Shown here: positions 26,738 through 41,106 of the stretch, one piece after another | Position numbering within the stretch: position 1 is the stretch's first letter | Layout of the letters: each line of letters opens with the position of its first letter | Assembly: GCF_006345805.1 (NCBI RefSeq) | Contig: NW_021825323.1 | Coordinates: 1,178,001-1,242,000 of the forward strand | Direction: 5' to 3' | Length of the DNA stretch: 64,000 bases | Origin: Octopus sinensis | Taxonomy: Eukaryota | The notes under the pieces: model-generated | Databases searched by the model: none | Told to the model about the DNA's origin: nothing | The model's input: only the letters and a program-made list of their open reading frames with translations | Translations under genes and position numbers: made by a program

Positions 26738-29700
26738 TTGATACAACCGATGACCTCCAACATCAACCATTGTACATCTAGCCATGTGAATCTCCCTTCT
26801 GCGGAATTGTCCTCTACTATTGACCCCTTTCCGGTGACTAATTCAATCCCTCCAACTTCAACGGATCTCTTGATTCCCACCAACATGGTATTCCGTGTTC
26901 TGTCGGTCTATGAACGTGTTTTGAACTTATCTCATCACATTCGACTGTTTATGTTCAAAGTTGAGTCTTTTTGTGGAGCATTGACGGAAAATTCGAAACT
27001 AATAAACGAGACCATGATTTGTCTATTCCGATTTATAATTGAGAACGAAGAGTTCCCAGGACAATCCAAATTTCATTATCTGATGGATTATGTGCTGGAT
27101 TATGCCACTTTCCTTCACATGATTTATCTCTATACCATTTCTTTACCTAAAAACTCAGTTTCTTCTAACTTGATGAGTGTCCTGAGTCAATCTTCTCTCC
27201 CCTTTCTCACAATGGAGGACAAATTACTCATTATTGAGTTTCTCTGTGAGCATTGTGAGTATTATGTGACTCATCGGCTGATTCCTGCTTATACCGAGTG
27301 TCGAGAATGTGGAAAGTTTGTTTTTTTAGAATTTATGGCAGAGCTAACAATCTGATGAATTGTCACCAATGTTGTGCTGCATTCCACTCCGAATGTGTTT
27401 CCAGTTTGCCTGATTCTGGCCAAGTTTGGGTTTGTTCTGCCTGCAGGAGTTTTATGGTATGAATTGTGTTCTCAGATGTAGATTGTGGGGGTTCATGATT
27501 TGGTTTTGAAAGAATCTTTACTGGGGAGGGATAGAAATGGGAGGAAGTACTACTATATGGCCAGGAGAGTTGTGATGTAAGCACATTCTTTCATTTGTAG
27601 TCGTTCGAATTCCTCGGATGACGTGTATTATTCGACCAAACTACAACTTAAACGACTAATTGAGTGTCTAAATGTCGAAATTGAGTGTGAGAGGAGTTTG
27701 GTTGATCTTCTGGGCAAAAATTCGGATATTTCTCGTGCTTTCTCCGTTACTGAGACCCTGACAGACGAGGGTTCAAACATGTCCAAAAAACTTAGTTATA
27801 TTCAACACGAAAAGGGTATTTTTGTCGAAATTAATATTCAAGCGAATGATACAAGCAGATCGGCTATTTCTATAAAAATAAATCCTAAAAATGTATGATA
27901 TATGATATATATTGTAGATATCTCTCTCGAATATAAAAGGGGATAAAAGTATGCGGTTATCTTATGGTGTCTTAGCCAATGAGCTGCCGGGTGGGAAGGA
28001 TGTGAACAATCTTCTACTCAGAAAGAGTGACGGGACCAGAGTGAACGTCAAAGTCCACAAAATTGTACTCCCACGAATGAATGTGCCTCATTCCAGTCCG
28101 ACAGTGATCAAAGGTAAAGACAAATTATTTCCTTCAGCTCCCCCATCGAATCCAGAGAGGAGTGATATTGGCGAGTTGTATGTTCTCGGTATTTAGTACT
28201 GATACTAGTCATATATAGGGAGGGATTATCATGAGTATATAAATCAGTACTCGGAACTTGGGAATAAGAATTCGCATGCCGACAGGAAGGCACTCCTGTC
28301 TGACTTGTTCTCTGTCAACAACGAGCCGAAATGGAATCTTGCTTTTTTTAGTAAATCGAACGAGTTGAATAATTTTTTGTGTGCGAAGTATATTTATGTA
28401 TTTCAGTCTATCATAGAATGATTCAGTTGGAGAATTATGTTCCTCCTTCCTTCATGAGTCGACTGTGGTCGATAAAGAAACAGAAATGGGTTAATGAAAT
28501 CCACCGTTCTTCGAACTACCAACAGCTAAGAAGATCACTTTCCATTCTGCAAGCCAACATTAGGCCAATTGTGTTTGTTGATGCTTGGAATGAATTTTTC
28601 GGTAAATTGTGACTTTGTTACTGGAATAGGCCTTTTGGAGTTCAGACAGTTTCCTTGTAGTCGGAAACCCAAGACTGATGATGAGACTACGTTGATAAAT
28701 ACACATAAATTAGTAAATACACCAAAGGATGATGTTGGATTTTGGCGAACTAATTTAGATTCGAGTTGTGATTGGAGAGGAGTGTAGAAGAGGTGGTGGA
28801 TGGTGTTGGATTGGTTGTTGTAAACATCCTCGATCACGTCCTTTTCATACAATCGGGTTGTCAGTACTTTCTCGGAAGGTGGAGGAAATAAAGAACCGAT
28901 CGAAGAAAGGGGGTCTAATCCGAGGTGCGAATATTAGTGATGAAGACTACAATAATGTAAAGTGTTGTCAAGTCATGATAGCAAATGAAAATTGAGGTGT
29001 CTGTCTTGAATGAACTGGAGAGGTCGGATAATAATTTGCAACGACTGTATTCCCCGATTAGTGTGTCGAATGGGATAACAGAACATAGTATATATCCACA
29101 TTGGTTTATCAATAACTGCATGTATGTATATCTTAATTGACTGTTGTAGTTTGAATGGTATTCTTGACATTCGTCTTAAAGTATTGGAATCCCTGCGACT
29201 CCGTATTGTCCGTCAGTTTGAAATGAATTCCAACGATTCTGTTCGTTCTGATTTTAGCACTCCTTCACCACTCAGTTTATATTTGTATAAAATATTCAGT
29301 CTCGGTTTTCGATGCACATTTGAGTTCGTTTACTAATTTCCTTAATTCATATCGAGAAAGTGAAACTAGTAACTACTTTGATGTCGGCAGTGATGGTTCT
29401 CATACTCTGGCTAGAAAGGTGCCTCATTTGTGAGATTGGACAAATAGATCTCTTCTCTTTGGTTTCCAGATACTGCAGATTCGTTTTCGTTAAAACTGTC
29501 CAACAAGAAGCCACTTTTATATCCATCAGATGACGTGGAGTCATTTACGACATTGACTAATAAACAGGGAATTTTTAATCTGCCTTCAAATTTACATCGA
29601 AGGTGATTGTTGTTTTTAGTTTTGGAAGATTGGGTCGTCGTGGAGGACTGTCTAAGGTGATATCGGGGTATTTGTATGATGACATCTGCGATGATTTAAA

Positions 29701-32700
29701 ATCCTGGTCTTCTGACTTTATTAGACCGTCATTCGGGACCGGTTGGAAGTATAGAACAATGTTTGCGCGTTCTTATTCCGAGATTGCATTTAATTTGCGA
29801 ATATTAAATTTATCACTCCGGCAAGGAATGGTGTGTTTTATTAATAGATGGAAGGAAATGAATGCAAAACTCGTTTGTGGTGGGAATGTTACAAGGACTT
29901 CTCATTCGGCAACCATTACTGAAATAACGGACATGAAAGATGTTGATGATTTGCACAGGACGTTCACCATTACTCGAATTGTTAAAAATAATGAAAGCCA
30001 GAAGGGTAAAAATTAGTAAATTTATCCATATAGGGCACATCAAGAACAATGTTGAGACATTTACTGTAATTTGATGGTTAATCACAAATATAGGAATCCG
30101 TTAAAAATAAATATGCACTTCCTCTGTGGCAGATCAGAGTATTTTGTGAATCGTTTGATTTTCGTTTTTACGAACTTTAGTTATAATCAACGAAAGGCCA
30201 CTCAGCCACTCCCTCCTCTGACATTCAAGACAACGGAAGGTATGTCCGCTTGTGCTATTTTAGGGATTTTGGACGTTTCCCGCGACACGGAGAAAACAGG
30301 GTGTAGTGTAATGGATAACTCGAGTGGACCGACGGTGTCTGGTTTGTCTATTTTGTGAGCCTGCAGATTCGTCGTCATCAGAGCCACAAAAGATAAAAGT
30401 ATTTAAAGGACAGGATGGGGTGACCTACGTTCGAGGTTTGAAGGCAGGACAGAGGTTGGTGCAGATGGAGGATGGGGGATTCCGTTTGGTTTCTTCCAAT
30501 TCGACCAATTCAGCCCCAGCATATTCTGGAATGTCATCGAGGGTGTCAATCATTCTGATTATATAAACAGAGAACTGGAAAAATAGTTTTCCCCAATGGA
30601 GATTTAGCAGCCCCCGCGACTGGGATACTGCCTGACGGAATACCGGATTATGGCCAACCGTCCTATGATGCCAACCTCGATGATTATAAATCGAAAATAT
30701 TGGAGACCAATCAAACGGAAAAGTCAGTCGAGGAGGAAATATTGCATTGTAAGGATATTTAAACGATATCCAGTGACTCGTTGTATAATTCAAGACGAGA
30801 ATAATCACCTCGTGATCAAAAAACTCAAGCAATTGTATTTGTTTCACAACCAGAAAGTCAAAGCATGTTTTGAGCAATATGGAATTGGTTTGTGCAACTC
30901 AATTCACAGGTGTAGACTCCTGGATCTTGTTTCCGTCTTCGAATGAAGGCGTGGACGATACTAGACTGTTATTTGTTGTTTATCATGTTAATTAGACGGG
31001 ATTTGTGTTCCAATGTGATGGAGCAGGCAATCGAACGAATCGAGCGAGATGAGAAAGCCCTACAACGGAAAGGCCTTAGTCGTTCCACGGATGGAAAGCT
31101 GCGCAAACCGGGCAGTCAGAAACTGCTGACTCAGTTGGACAAACAGAAGCAAATTCTCAAAAAGGAAATAATGAGGAAACGATCATCAACCGAACAATTA
31201 ATCAGGCGAGAAGTGCAGGTTTGACTTAATATTGGTCAAAAAACAGAGCGAGGTTAAGAAAATATTGCAGAGATCAAAGGGATCCGAAAACGACGCATTT
31301 GTATCCCCCAGTTCTTCAAAACAGACTCAACAAACGGAAATATTTTCTCCAGCTTTAAAAGAAAAGTCATTTGTTAAAGACACGTCGAGTGTCGGTCGTT
31401 ATAACTGTGGGAATGTTCCCATGGACGAAACTAAGCTGTACTGCATATGTCAGACACCCTACGACAACAACCGGTACTGGGTTGTCTGAATGGGTAGATT
31501 CTATATTGGCTGTGATATTTGTAAAAATTGGTTTCATGGCTCGTGTGTCAATTTGGTGGAAGAAGTAGCGGATACGCTCGAGTCGTATATTTGCGATTCC
31601 TGCAGGAGAAATAGAAGTGACGTGCCAAAGTCGTCGGAAATGGTTGGAGTGATGGAATCTCCTCCAAAAAGGAAAGTTCAGTTTGATTTAAATAGCACGT
31701 TATGTGCTGTTTGCAATATAACGTGGTCGTGTTTGTCTGTCATGATTGTAGTATTGTTGACAACTCTGAGTGCTGTACTCTCTGTCAGAAACACGTCCAT
31801 CGAGATTGCCTGTCGATTCGTACTCTCAAGAACCGAGCTGAGTCTGTCTGTAGGAAATGTGCAGATTCCAAGTCGGAAAGCGAAGATACCCCTGTTGAGG
31901 AAGTGGGTAGCAAACTTTATTGCATTTGCCTGACTCCATACGACAACACTCGGTTTGGAATGTTTGTTGAGTGGCCTAGATTCTACATTGGTTGTGATCA
32001 CTGCAGGAATTGGTTTCATGGAACATGCGTCGGACTCACTGAACAGCAGGCAGAAAAGATTGATTCCTATATTTGTGTGGAATGTGCTGCCAAAAAACAG
32101 AGTTCGTCTCTTGTTCGTGTGAGACGTTCAAATACTGCAAAATCCAGAAAGCGTCGGAAAACTGTCGTTCCAAGCCCCAATATTAAAATGACAGACGAAG
32201 AGGTGTCGTGTATATGTCGGCGACCGTATGACCAACGGTAGTGGGATTAGTGGTTGATTGGTAGTGAGTACATTGGGTGTGATAAGTGCGATGATTGGTT
32301 GCATTTTGACTGCATTGGGATTAGCCGGCTGGAGGCAACTCGACTTCAACGCTACATCTGTCCACGATGTCGGGGTCATTTCAACATGGAATCAAATGGT
32401 GCTCCCTATCCTACTATGCTGACCTTCCAACAAAATCAGTCCATTTTAGCCAAATTTGTGGGTGAAATAAAACATCATAAAATGGCGTGGCCTTTTATTG
32501 ATTCTCCGTCCTTGTCTGAATACCCAGATTACTATGAAATAATAAGCGAACCAATCGGTTGTGAGTATATTTAATGTACTAGATCTTAATTTTATTGAGA
32601 GGAACGCACTGAGTGGAAGATATAAGTACATTGATTCCTTCATGTTTGATTTGATGAGAATATTTACAAACTGTCGAATGTATCATCAGCCTAATAATAC

Positions 32701-32782
32701 GATCTACCAATGTGGGGGGACCGTCGAAGAATTTGTTGTAAATCGAATGAAGACCATAATCAAAAAACTTCATAATACCTGA
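26738..32782 (+). CDS. BPTF: BPTF/NURF301 (DDT-PHD-WHIM...PHD x3-4-bromodomain)
   Basis: DDT-like VLSVYERVLNLSHHIRLFMFKVESFCGAL, N-terminal PHD, YYSTKLQLKRLIECL, QLDKQKQILKKEIMRKR, KLYCICQTPYDNNR|FYIGCDICKNWFHGSCV, bromodomain HKMAWPF..YPDYYEII. 5' end uncertain. Confidence 0.92.
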
Positions 32783-33206
32783 TTAAATCTCACCAACAGG
32801 ATTCTTTAAAACTATTTTTTCACAATCTATTTATCACTTTTTCATTATTCGTTCATTAATAGTTTATATAGAAATAGCTAGTTGATTAAATATGTTACTC
32901 TCTAATAACAATTTTTGTCAATTAACAATAAAAAAAGACCATTCTAAAATTATCAATTTCAGTTTTTTTTTATTTCATGTTTCCTCAAACATGTTTTGCG
33001 AAATCTATTTTTCAGCATTCACGTTTTTTAAAAAATATAAATTGTTGGATTATTACACATTAAAATGGTATTTTTCGATTATTCGGAAACCCCTCGTAAA
33101 AATATAAACTTGTAAAATTTTTTCATGATCATTTATACCTGATTTTGTTTAATTTCTATAATTAATGATTTAAATAAATTTTATTACCTAGCAAACTTAA
33201 CAAATA

Positions 33207-34664
33207 ATGCAAGTCAACTATTGCATCGATAGCGAGCGAATTAGAGAAATTGAAGATCACTATAAAGTGGGAGAACTTAATTCAAAGTAAAATTAGTGAA
33301 CTTTGAAGCGTTTAGCGGAGATTTGTTTTCTTCAAAATTTGAATGTAGTCGTTTACAGTTCAGAGATCTTCAAGTGAGAATAATTCCAAAAAGTCATACC
33401 AACTCAAGCAAAGTACGATAAATTGACATTTTAACTAAAGGTCAAACGAGAGCAGAACGAGATTGGCCTGTTAAAGTTTTTGCAGCATCCTAACCTTGTA
33501 ATCTATTTTTAAAAATATAAGAAATCAAGATAAGATTGTTCGATGTCATGGAGTCGGAAAAAGACGTTTACTGTGTTATTGACGGTTCTAGTAGCACACG
33601 ATTTGTTGAGAAGTAACATTATTTTAATCATTATAGAATCCCGCATTTTGAAGAATACACTGAAAAAATGGTATTCAATTGGACAAAACAAATGTGTTCA
33701 GCATTACAAGTTGACCATTAGTAATATATATAGTATCTCCACTTTAATGGAATGACCCACTCTTTTTTAACAGTACTATTATATTAATCTATTTTTTAGA
33801 TTGAATGCCTATTCTTTGGAATGAAGGAAAACATCATTCTCGGTATATTCTGTTGATTTATTTGTAGATGGATATTACCTGAGATATATTGATGAACTTC
33901 AGTTTCTAAAAAAGCTTATTGAACATCACCCTTATTCATGCAGTGAGCTAAATCACAACAAATTTTTTTCAGGTCCTGAGCTGCTTATGGGAGCACGTGG
34001 TGAGCCATGTTCTGATATGTGGTCACTTGGAATACTTCTTATTGAATTGTGATGGAATATGTATAATTTTACTTAGACTTACTGGAAAAAAGTATTTTTT
34101 TAATGAATCGGCACTTCAAACCTACAAACAAATCCTGAATTTTAAGGCAACTGATTTGGAAAATTTAGAAACATTAAGCCCGTCTGCCAAAGTGATTTTA
34201 AATACCAAAACATAAAGAATATGATATCAAATTTGATGGCACATAACGTGACCGATAGAGCGAATGCCTTGACTGCTTATGAAATGGCTTGTAAGTGTTA
34301 CGATTCTTCTAGCGAGATACAGCTTGTCTCTGCATTTAAAAACTTTAAAATGCGACCAGGTTCAGCGCAGGTTTATTTGAAAAAAATTAATGATCAAAGT
34401 CGGAATTTTCAATTGGAAAAATTAATATGATGAGCGAACTGATCGTGATTTGTCTTTTTATATTTGTTAGGTAGATGAAACAATTTCGAAAATCCTCCTC
34501 GAGAATAACAGCGATGAAAACCTCGTTGATACAACTGAGGCTGTCAAAGATAAAATTGATCTTGAAGAAAATTATTTAATAAATGAGGGAAATGTATAAA
34601 TATTTGACATTTATATAAGGAGTTGGCCACATCTGAAAACTTGGAGATTACTGGAGAGATTTGA
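33207..34664 (+). CDS. CaMK-group kinase-fold protein lacking catalytic motifs (pseudokinase)
   Basis: Spliced: EIGLLKFLQHPNL|IRLFDVMES, WTKQMCSALQ|YLHFNGMTHSFLT|IECLFF, IIL|DGY, GPELLMG, SDMWSLGILL. Confidence 0.7.
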
Positions 34665-35209
34665 TACCTTTAATAATAATTAACCATTTTCTCAATAAAA
34701 TAACTAATTTTAAACTTTATAAACAAATTAAAAACTCCAAAATATTATATAATCAACAAGAAAGGCACAAAAGAAATTTATTTTTCACAGGAAATAAAAA
34801 TAAATTATGTTAAATTTTTTATATTTGTATCAAAAAATTCCGTAGGTGAATATAGTTTTCAAAAAAGAATTTAAAGAAAAAAACATTTAGTTTATAGTTT
34901 TTAAAATTTCACAAATGGTATTCTAACATTGTCATTGGAAGTTATAAAAAGAGTTAATTTAAATTGCGTCTTTGTGTTTAAATAGATTGAAAAATATGAT
35001 CTTTTATTGCGAAAATAACCATTCGGAAATTTTTGGACTTTTAATGTTTTCTTAAAGCATTAATTATCAGTTGAAGTAGTTTTTATTTTCTCTGATGATT
35101 CATTTTGTTGAAAATTCTGAAAAATATTACTAGATCATTGATACATCTCAAAAAATTATACCAAAGTAAAAAATTATAGAGCACCACATTTTTTTGGGCT
35201 ATAGATCAA

Positions 35210-36620
35210 GATGGGCGCGACAAATTTATTTCATAAAAACATTTAAAAATCTGACCAGACATGTTTATTTCTGATTCTTAAGATTTAACGCAGATTAAAT
35301 AAGCGTGTCCAGACAACATCAACGGTAAATTGACAAAGTACTTCCCAACAGAGATCACAACTATAATCACAAATCTCATTATCGAGATGTTCATGGCTAA
35401 TTACTTATTGGAAAGAAAAAATGATTTCTCTTCAAAAATCAAACAAGTCGCAAGGTCTTTTTATCAACACTTGATCATAGTCTTGAACATAAGAAGGCAA
35501 ATCTCGCTCGTAACACTGGAACGCATTAAAAACCATGCCAATGACTATCTGTTGGCTAGATAATGCGAATTCAGGCCTGGGAGATCAAGTGCAGATGCAA
35601 TATGAGGACATAGCTGGATCTGTTTCATATGTCAGAAATTTGAAATGACAATCACTACATGGGCATTGATATGGACAGGGCATTCGATACGATCTGCAGA
35701 AACAAACTAATGGGAGTACTATTCTTGATGATAATTCAATCACAATGGTTCAAGCAGTTCTTATACACACCAGGCTGACAGTGAAAATTGGGCCCGTAGA
35801 ATCAAGGTCTTTCAAAAAAATATTGGAACGCCCCAAAGTGATTCGATATTGTCTTTCCTAAGCGGAAATAAGCGATCTGAGAAAACTAGTGAAGACTGAG
35901 TCAATAACTAAAGTGATATGTCAATAACTATGCAGACTTTTTGTTTCATAATAAGTTGGCACTTGAAGAAATGCTGAAAATTGTTTTTCATCCACAGGAA
36001 AAATTGTTCTGGAAAGTAAACACGAAAAAAACTGAGAATTTAAAAATAAACCAAAATCCAAACAGAACAGAGGAAAAATGGCAAAACTCAAATAAGTAGG
36101 AATACTCCTACGGAATAGCGAAGACATTTTGAAAAAAAATGCAGTCAGCTGTTTAACTTAACGATCTGCAGACCACATAGCTACGAAACCGCAAGCTTGG
36201 AACGCTCTTACATGCCAAGTTATCAATGCTTTTGTTAAGCCTCTAAAACGGAAAAACGTGTGGGGCATCTGAGTTTAAACTAAGATCCCTTGATACGTTT
36301 CACAGAATGCAGTTAACACTTCTTATCGGTATTAACTGGCCGAAAAAAATCAAGAAACATCTGCACAATAGACCCCTCATTATGGACATTATTGACACCT
36401 ATCCGGGCACATAAGACTCGACCCAGATGTTCATGCTAACTGGGCAATGGAATCATATTACAAAGAAGAAAAATCGGCGTTCCGAGATCATCTACAAACA
36501 ACACTATTATCTCAAAAGACTTTCAAAGCATTAATAACAGGTGAAAATGGAGACGACCTTAATACTTTCAGAGGTATCATGCGACCACACATCCTGGAAA
36601 AATATAAATTGAATGTAATA
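35210..36620 (+). mobile_element. RTE-like LINE remnant (RT to C-terminus)
   Basis: RQISLVTLERIK, FRPGRSSADAI, IGINWPKK, GHIRLDPDVHANWAMESYY...TTLL...DLNTFR; heavily mutated. Confidence 0.65.
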
Positions 36621-37551
36621 TTAATGTCCGTTCCAACAACGCAACACTACTTTTAACTTTTAACACATTTTTATTGCCTCAAAACATCGGGAAATCACCA
36701 AAGCCACAGACCAAGAACGTGCTGTGCATTTACTAAATTCCCCATATATTGCAGGGAGAATATTTTTGTTTGAAAAATTAAAAATTTCAAATATTTTTAT
36801 TTTTTGGACCTTTTTCTTGAATGAATTCCCTTAAACTGCATGGGTCTTTAACGAATTCCATCCTTAGTAAATCTTCATACGCCTCTTCTATTTGATAAGC
36901 AATAATAAACCAATTATTGGCCAACTTTCAATCAATATTTTACAATTAAAGAGAAGCAAAACGTGTCAAGTTGATAATTAATTAACCATGTATAAATAAA
37001 AACCATAAAATTTAATCAATGAAATAAATAAAATTATCCTAAAGTGCATTTAAAAACCATTTTAGTTTCTCAATCGCAGATAGGAGAGCTGATTAAGGTT
37101 AAATATATGTTAAATCCTTCACAAAGATAGCCGAACAAATAAACTACTATCCCACCACTCTCAGGAACAAACAGAATATTCGAAAAACTCTAAATTAGGT
37201 TATTTCTTACGGAACTTTACAATCTATGCACAGGAATGAGTTAAAAGATAAGATATGACAGAATGACAATTTAAATCAAGCTAAATATTAGCATATCGAT
37301 CTATCAAATTACTGATCGACAAAGAAATTAAATATATCTAAGAAATCAAATTACTAATCGACAGAGAAATTATTATTATATTTATCATAGAAAAACAGTA
37401 CCACACCACACATAATCCATTTATATAATTAAAGAGAAAATCAATGATTTTATTGTGGTCTAACTAAGCTTCGCCATATTTGTCGATATATTGATATACG
37501 CGCTGTTATTTTTCTTTTAATACAACGATACGATTTACGTGATTAATTTGC

Positions 37552-39520
37552 ATGTTGTTTTTGTTTTTACTTCATTCTGCTGTGTGGTCAGATTCGCTCA
37601 GTGAGATACCGTTAGTCTAATTCATTAGATTGTGTCCCCCTTACGTTTACCAGTTCCATTATAATTGACGTGTGGACCTTTTCTCTTGGATCAGGCGGAT
37701 TGGCATGCTCGATAGATAATCCCGTAAAGTATTTTTGGTAACTTTCAATGCCAAGCAAAACGGAAAATAAACAAACTGAACCAGCCTACTGCATAGTTAA
37801 GAATGATTGTAGTACTTTGTTTGGAGGGAGATATTATTATATGAAATCTTCAGGTCAGTTTATTATATAATCTTGACAGTATTCGCGTTCAACTCTGTCA
37901 CAAATTATGAACTTATTGAGGGGGGTTCGATAGATTTAAACCTTATATCTGTGCCGACACGGTTTATATTGGATTAGAATGCAATATTGATGTCCGTTCT
38001 TTCACCTCCACAAATGTACAGAAAGGTTCATTTTAGTGAAATATTCAAAGGACATTTTATGATTAGTGCAATTAATTTTGATGGAAAATCGTCTATCAGT
38101 TTTACTTGTTATGTGTCGTCTGGCACTGGACAAATAAGGGTATCTCCAACATATACAATCACAAAAATACAAAGTTGTGTCCTATATCTTATATTTCAGC
38201 GGGTAATAATAACCCAATGCAGTATCCACCTGCTACTGGGATAACCAACATTTCATTTAATATGCTTTCATGTTTTTTCAGTGGAATGACGTAAATCAAA
38301 ATTTATGAGTTTATAGATCACAAATGGATATCGACTATTTGACTGTTGGCGATGTGACGACTTGTTCGTACAAAGGGAGGTCAGGAAAGTATAAACTACT
38401 TAATTCATGTAATAAAAACAAAATATTAGCCACATAGATTATTCCCGTCATGGAGGAGCAATGAAAGACTGTATTTTGACAGATAAGATTACGACTTGCA
38501 CATTTACGTGTAAATTTATTGACAACAAAGATGGACTTTTTATAAATTCTCCGATTATTTGGACACTTAATGAGGTCACTCTGAGTATGTTGGTCTGGTT
38601 TATATCTCTAGTTGAAAGAAGAGATACACTCGTTTTGACCAATCAATTAACACCCGGGACTGTAACCTGCCAAACAGATTTCAATGATGTTCCGAATATT
38701 CGTTCTTCTGCCAGAATAGTCAGACAAGGTTAGCTTTGTTCAAATAAAGGTGATAGATGTGGTCAAATTCACTGGTACTCTGTCGTCAATGTCGTTGGGA
38801 CTCAATTCTAATGTCACCATGAAGTGTTTGGGATACATCAACCGCGTTTTGATGGACCGATGCTTTTTTCAATTTCTTTTCAATTCGGTTCCAATATCTT
38901 CGACCAAAGTTTACAACGTCACGATTAATTCTCCTAATTCTGGGTTTATATGTCTTTTTATAATTATCAGGGAACTATTAATTCAGACAAAATACGCCGA
39001 GAGAAACCAGACCATCTCGGGGAATTATCAATGTTCTATTTCCTGTCCTCAATATGGCTTGACCTACCTGTCGGATGATGCAATTGTAGTATATGCCCCT
39101 GAACAGACTGGTTTTGGCCTTTTCCTGATATTTTAGATGCTGTTCGGTCGTCCTCGATCAACTGGTCGTCGATTATTGCAGCTATGGTGGTCCTTGGGAT
39201 ATCATTTATTGTTATTGTCTTTTTCATTTACCGTCGGAAGTGCAGAGGGTCTACTTATAATGGTTCATTATGATTTTTAGAGTGTTTTAGTGTTTCGGGC
39301 TGAGTCTAAAACCCTGGGAAAAGTTGACAGGGATTCAGTGGGGAACTTTAAACTATTGGATCCTCCGACAAAGTCAGAGTTTGCTTGTTTATTTTAGTTT
39401 TGGGAATCTGGGGACACGTAAGTACGAATCGAGTTTGGTCAGTGGTGGTGATAGTCTCGATCTCTATTCGGACCGAATTGTTACTTAGATTATTTAATTT
39501 CGTTTTTGCGGTTTGATTTT
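37552..39520 (+). pseudogene. Ig-domain type I membrane protein paralog 1, 5' part apparently disrupted
   Basis: Signal peptide MLFLFLLHSAVWS, Ig-like segments (CTFTC...IIW...VTCQ; SGNYQC), TM WSSIIAAMVVLGISFIVIVFFIY followed by RRK. Stops and a frameshift at ~37730-37970 could not be removed by splicing. Confidence 0.6.
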
Positions 39521-39989
39521 AATTAATTGTACAAATTCTTACTAATTAGTTCAGAATTTTCGTAATTGTTAATTAATTTTACTTGTTGGTTCAATTTAAG
39601 GATATCAATAAAATAACCATTTTTTATATTGACATTAATGATCGATATACTTGGCATTAAGTATTGAATTGATTTTCGATTAATATGTATTTTAACTAGT
39701 GATAATTTAGTTAGTATTATGTTTATGATAGATGTGTAGCCTGGCGGATTGCCAAACTGTTTCCCCGAATAATGGCGATCGTGATAAACTACAAAAACTC
39801 AATTATTTGTGGTTTTTTCATTTATACTTAAATGTTCTAAGTTGCTTTATAAACTACAAAAACTTAAGTTCAATCTTCTCCATTTGATCTTTACTTTCTT
39901 TATTTTCATAGTAATTCCAATAATGATTTTGCTTCTTTTCTTTCAAATTGCTGACAGACACTGACAAAGTTGTTGTCATACGTATTTCT

Positions 39990-40460
39990 TAAATCTTTTC
40001 TATTCTTTTGGCTAGTTCAAAAGTTCTTTACACGGTTAAACTCTGTTTCTTATAAAGAGTTTTCTTAATAATAGGTGATTGTATTTATCTGTGTGTTCTT
40101 TTATTGATGTTAAGAAAATGTGCACATTTTAGGAATTTTTGAGTGACAAGTCTATCTAATGTTAATACAAGGGGTATTATTTTCACTCTTGCATGATAAA
40201 TTAATTCCAGCTCTTTGGATAAAAATTCGTATTTTTTCGATCTCCACTTACTGTAAATTTTGAGATGTTATCCCAATTTTAACAAAATTGATTCCTAATC
40301 TTGTCGAAAACAAAATTTTTGTCGAAAGCTTCTTGTTATTCTTAAGTCAAAATTTTTTACATAGATAAAAGTTGGTGCATTTCACTACTTCGTCATGCCT
40401 CCTATCATAATCCCCATTTAACATATTCTCACATCTTGTGGCACAGTGGTCGATATAGTA
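39990..40460 (-). mobile_element. Degraded R4/Dong-like RLE retroelement fragment
   Basis: TRCENMLNGDYDRRHDEVVKC, YEFLSKELELIYHARVKIIPLVLT..LVT; aligns with 43483-44393. Confidence 0.7.
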
Positions 40461-40651
40461 GATCGATATAGACAAATATTGAATTATGTTCTGCAAAGTA
40501 TAAGTTGCTTCATTTAATCTGATTACTAATGTCTATAGAGTTTAATTATGCGTATAAAACTGATATATCGAACAACCACAAAGGCCATTTAGAACGCCAA
40601 TTTCAATCTGGCGACCGACGATTCCCAAAAGAATCAGATCAATACTAAATT

Positions 40652-41106
40652 GAACCCTCTGGGATCGATCGGGGGGACGGAAAAAGGCCTGACGGGATAA
40701 CTGTGTTTCCTTTCAACAGGGGAAAGCCTCTCACCTGGGATGCCACGTGTGTGGACTCTTTCTCGCCTCAGAACCTGCTGATGTCCGCATCCGCCCCTGG
40801 ATCTATTGTCACAACCGCGGAATGCAAAAAGATGCGGAAGTACTCCTCACTTATGGAGAAGTTCCAATTCCTTCCATTCGCGGTTGAGACTTCCGGTTCC
40901 TTGGGCAGTAAGGCAATCAGCTTCGTTCAGGAGATCGGGTCCCGCATGTCTGCTATCACAGGCGACGCCCGCGAATCGAGATGGTTTTTCGAGCGGATAT
41001 CCCTTGCGATAGTACGCTCTAACTCTTTCTCGATCGCGTCGGCTTCCCGCCCATGAAGCTTTTAATTAATTAACTTGTAGTTATTATCAAATAGTACAAA
41101 TACTTC
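40652..41106 (+). mobile_element. 5'-truncated CRE-like retroelement with 19-bp TSD
   Basis: RPDGITVFPFNRGKPLTWDATC...KMRKY...AVETSG...ERISLAIVRSN; ATCAGATCAATACTAAATT at 40633-40651 and 41107-41125. Confidence 0.92.

Noticed and set aside
37303-37376. ~30-bp imperfect direct repeat ATCAAATTACTRATCGACA
   Set aside because: Two copies in AT-rich intergenic DNA with no further structure.
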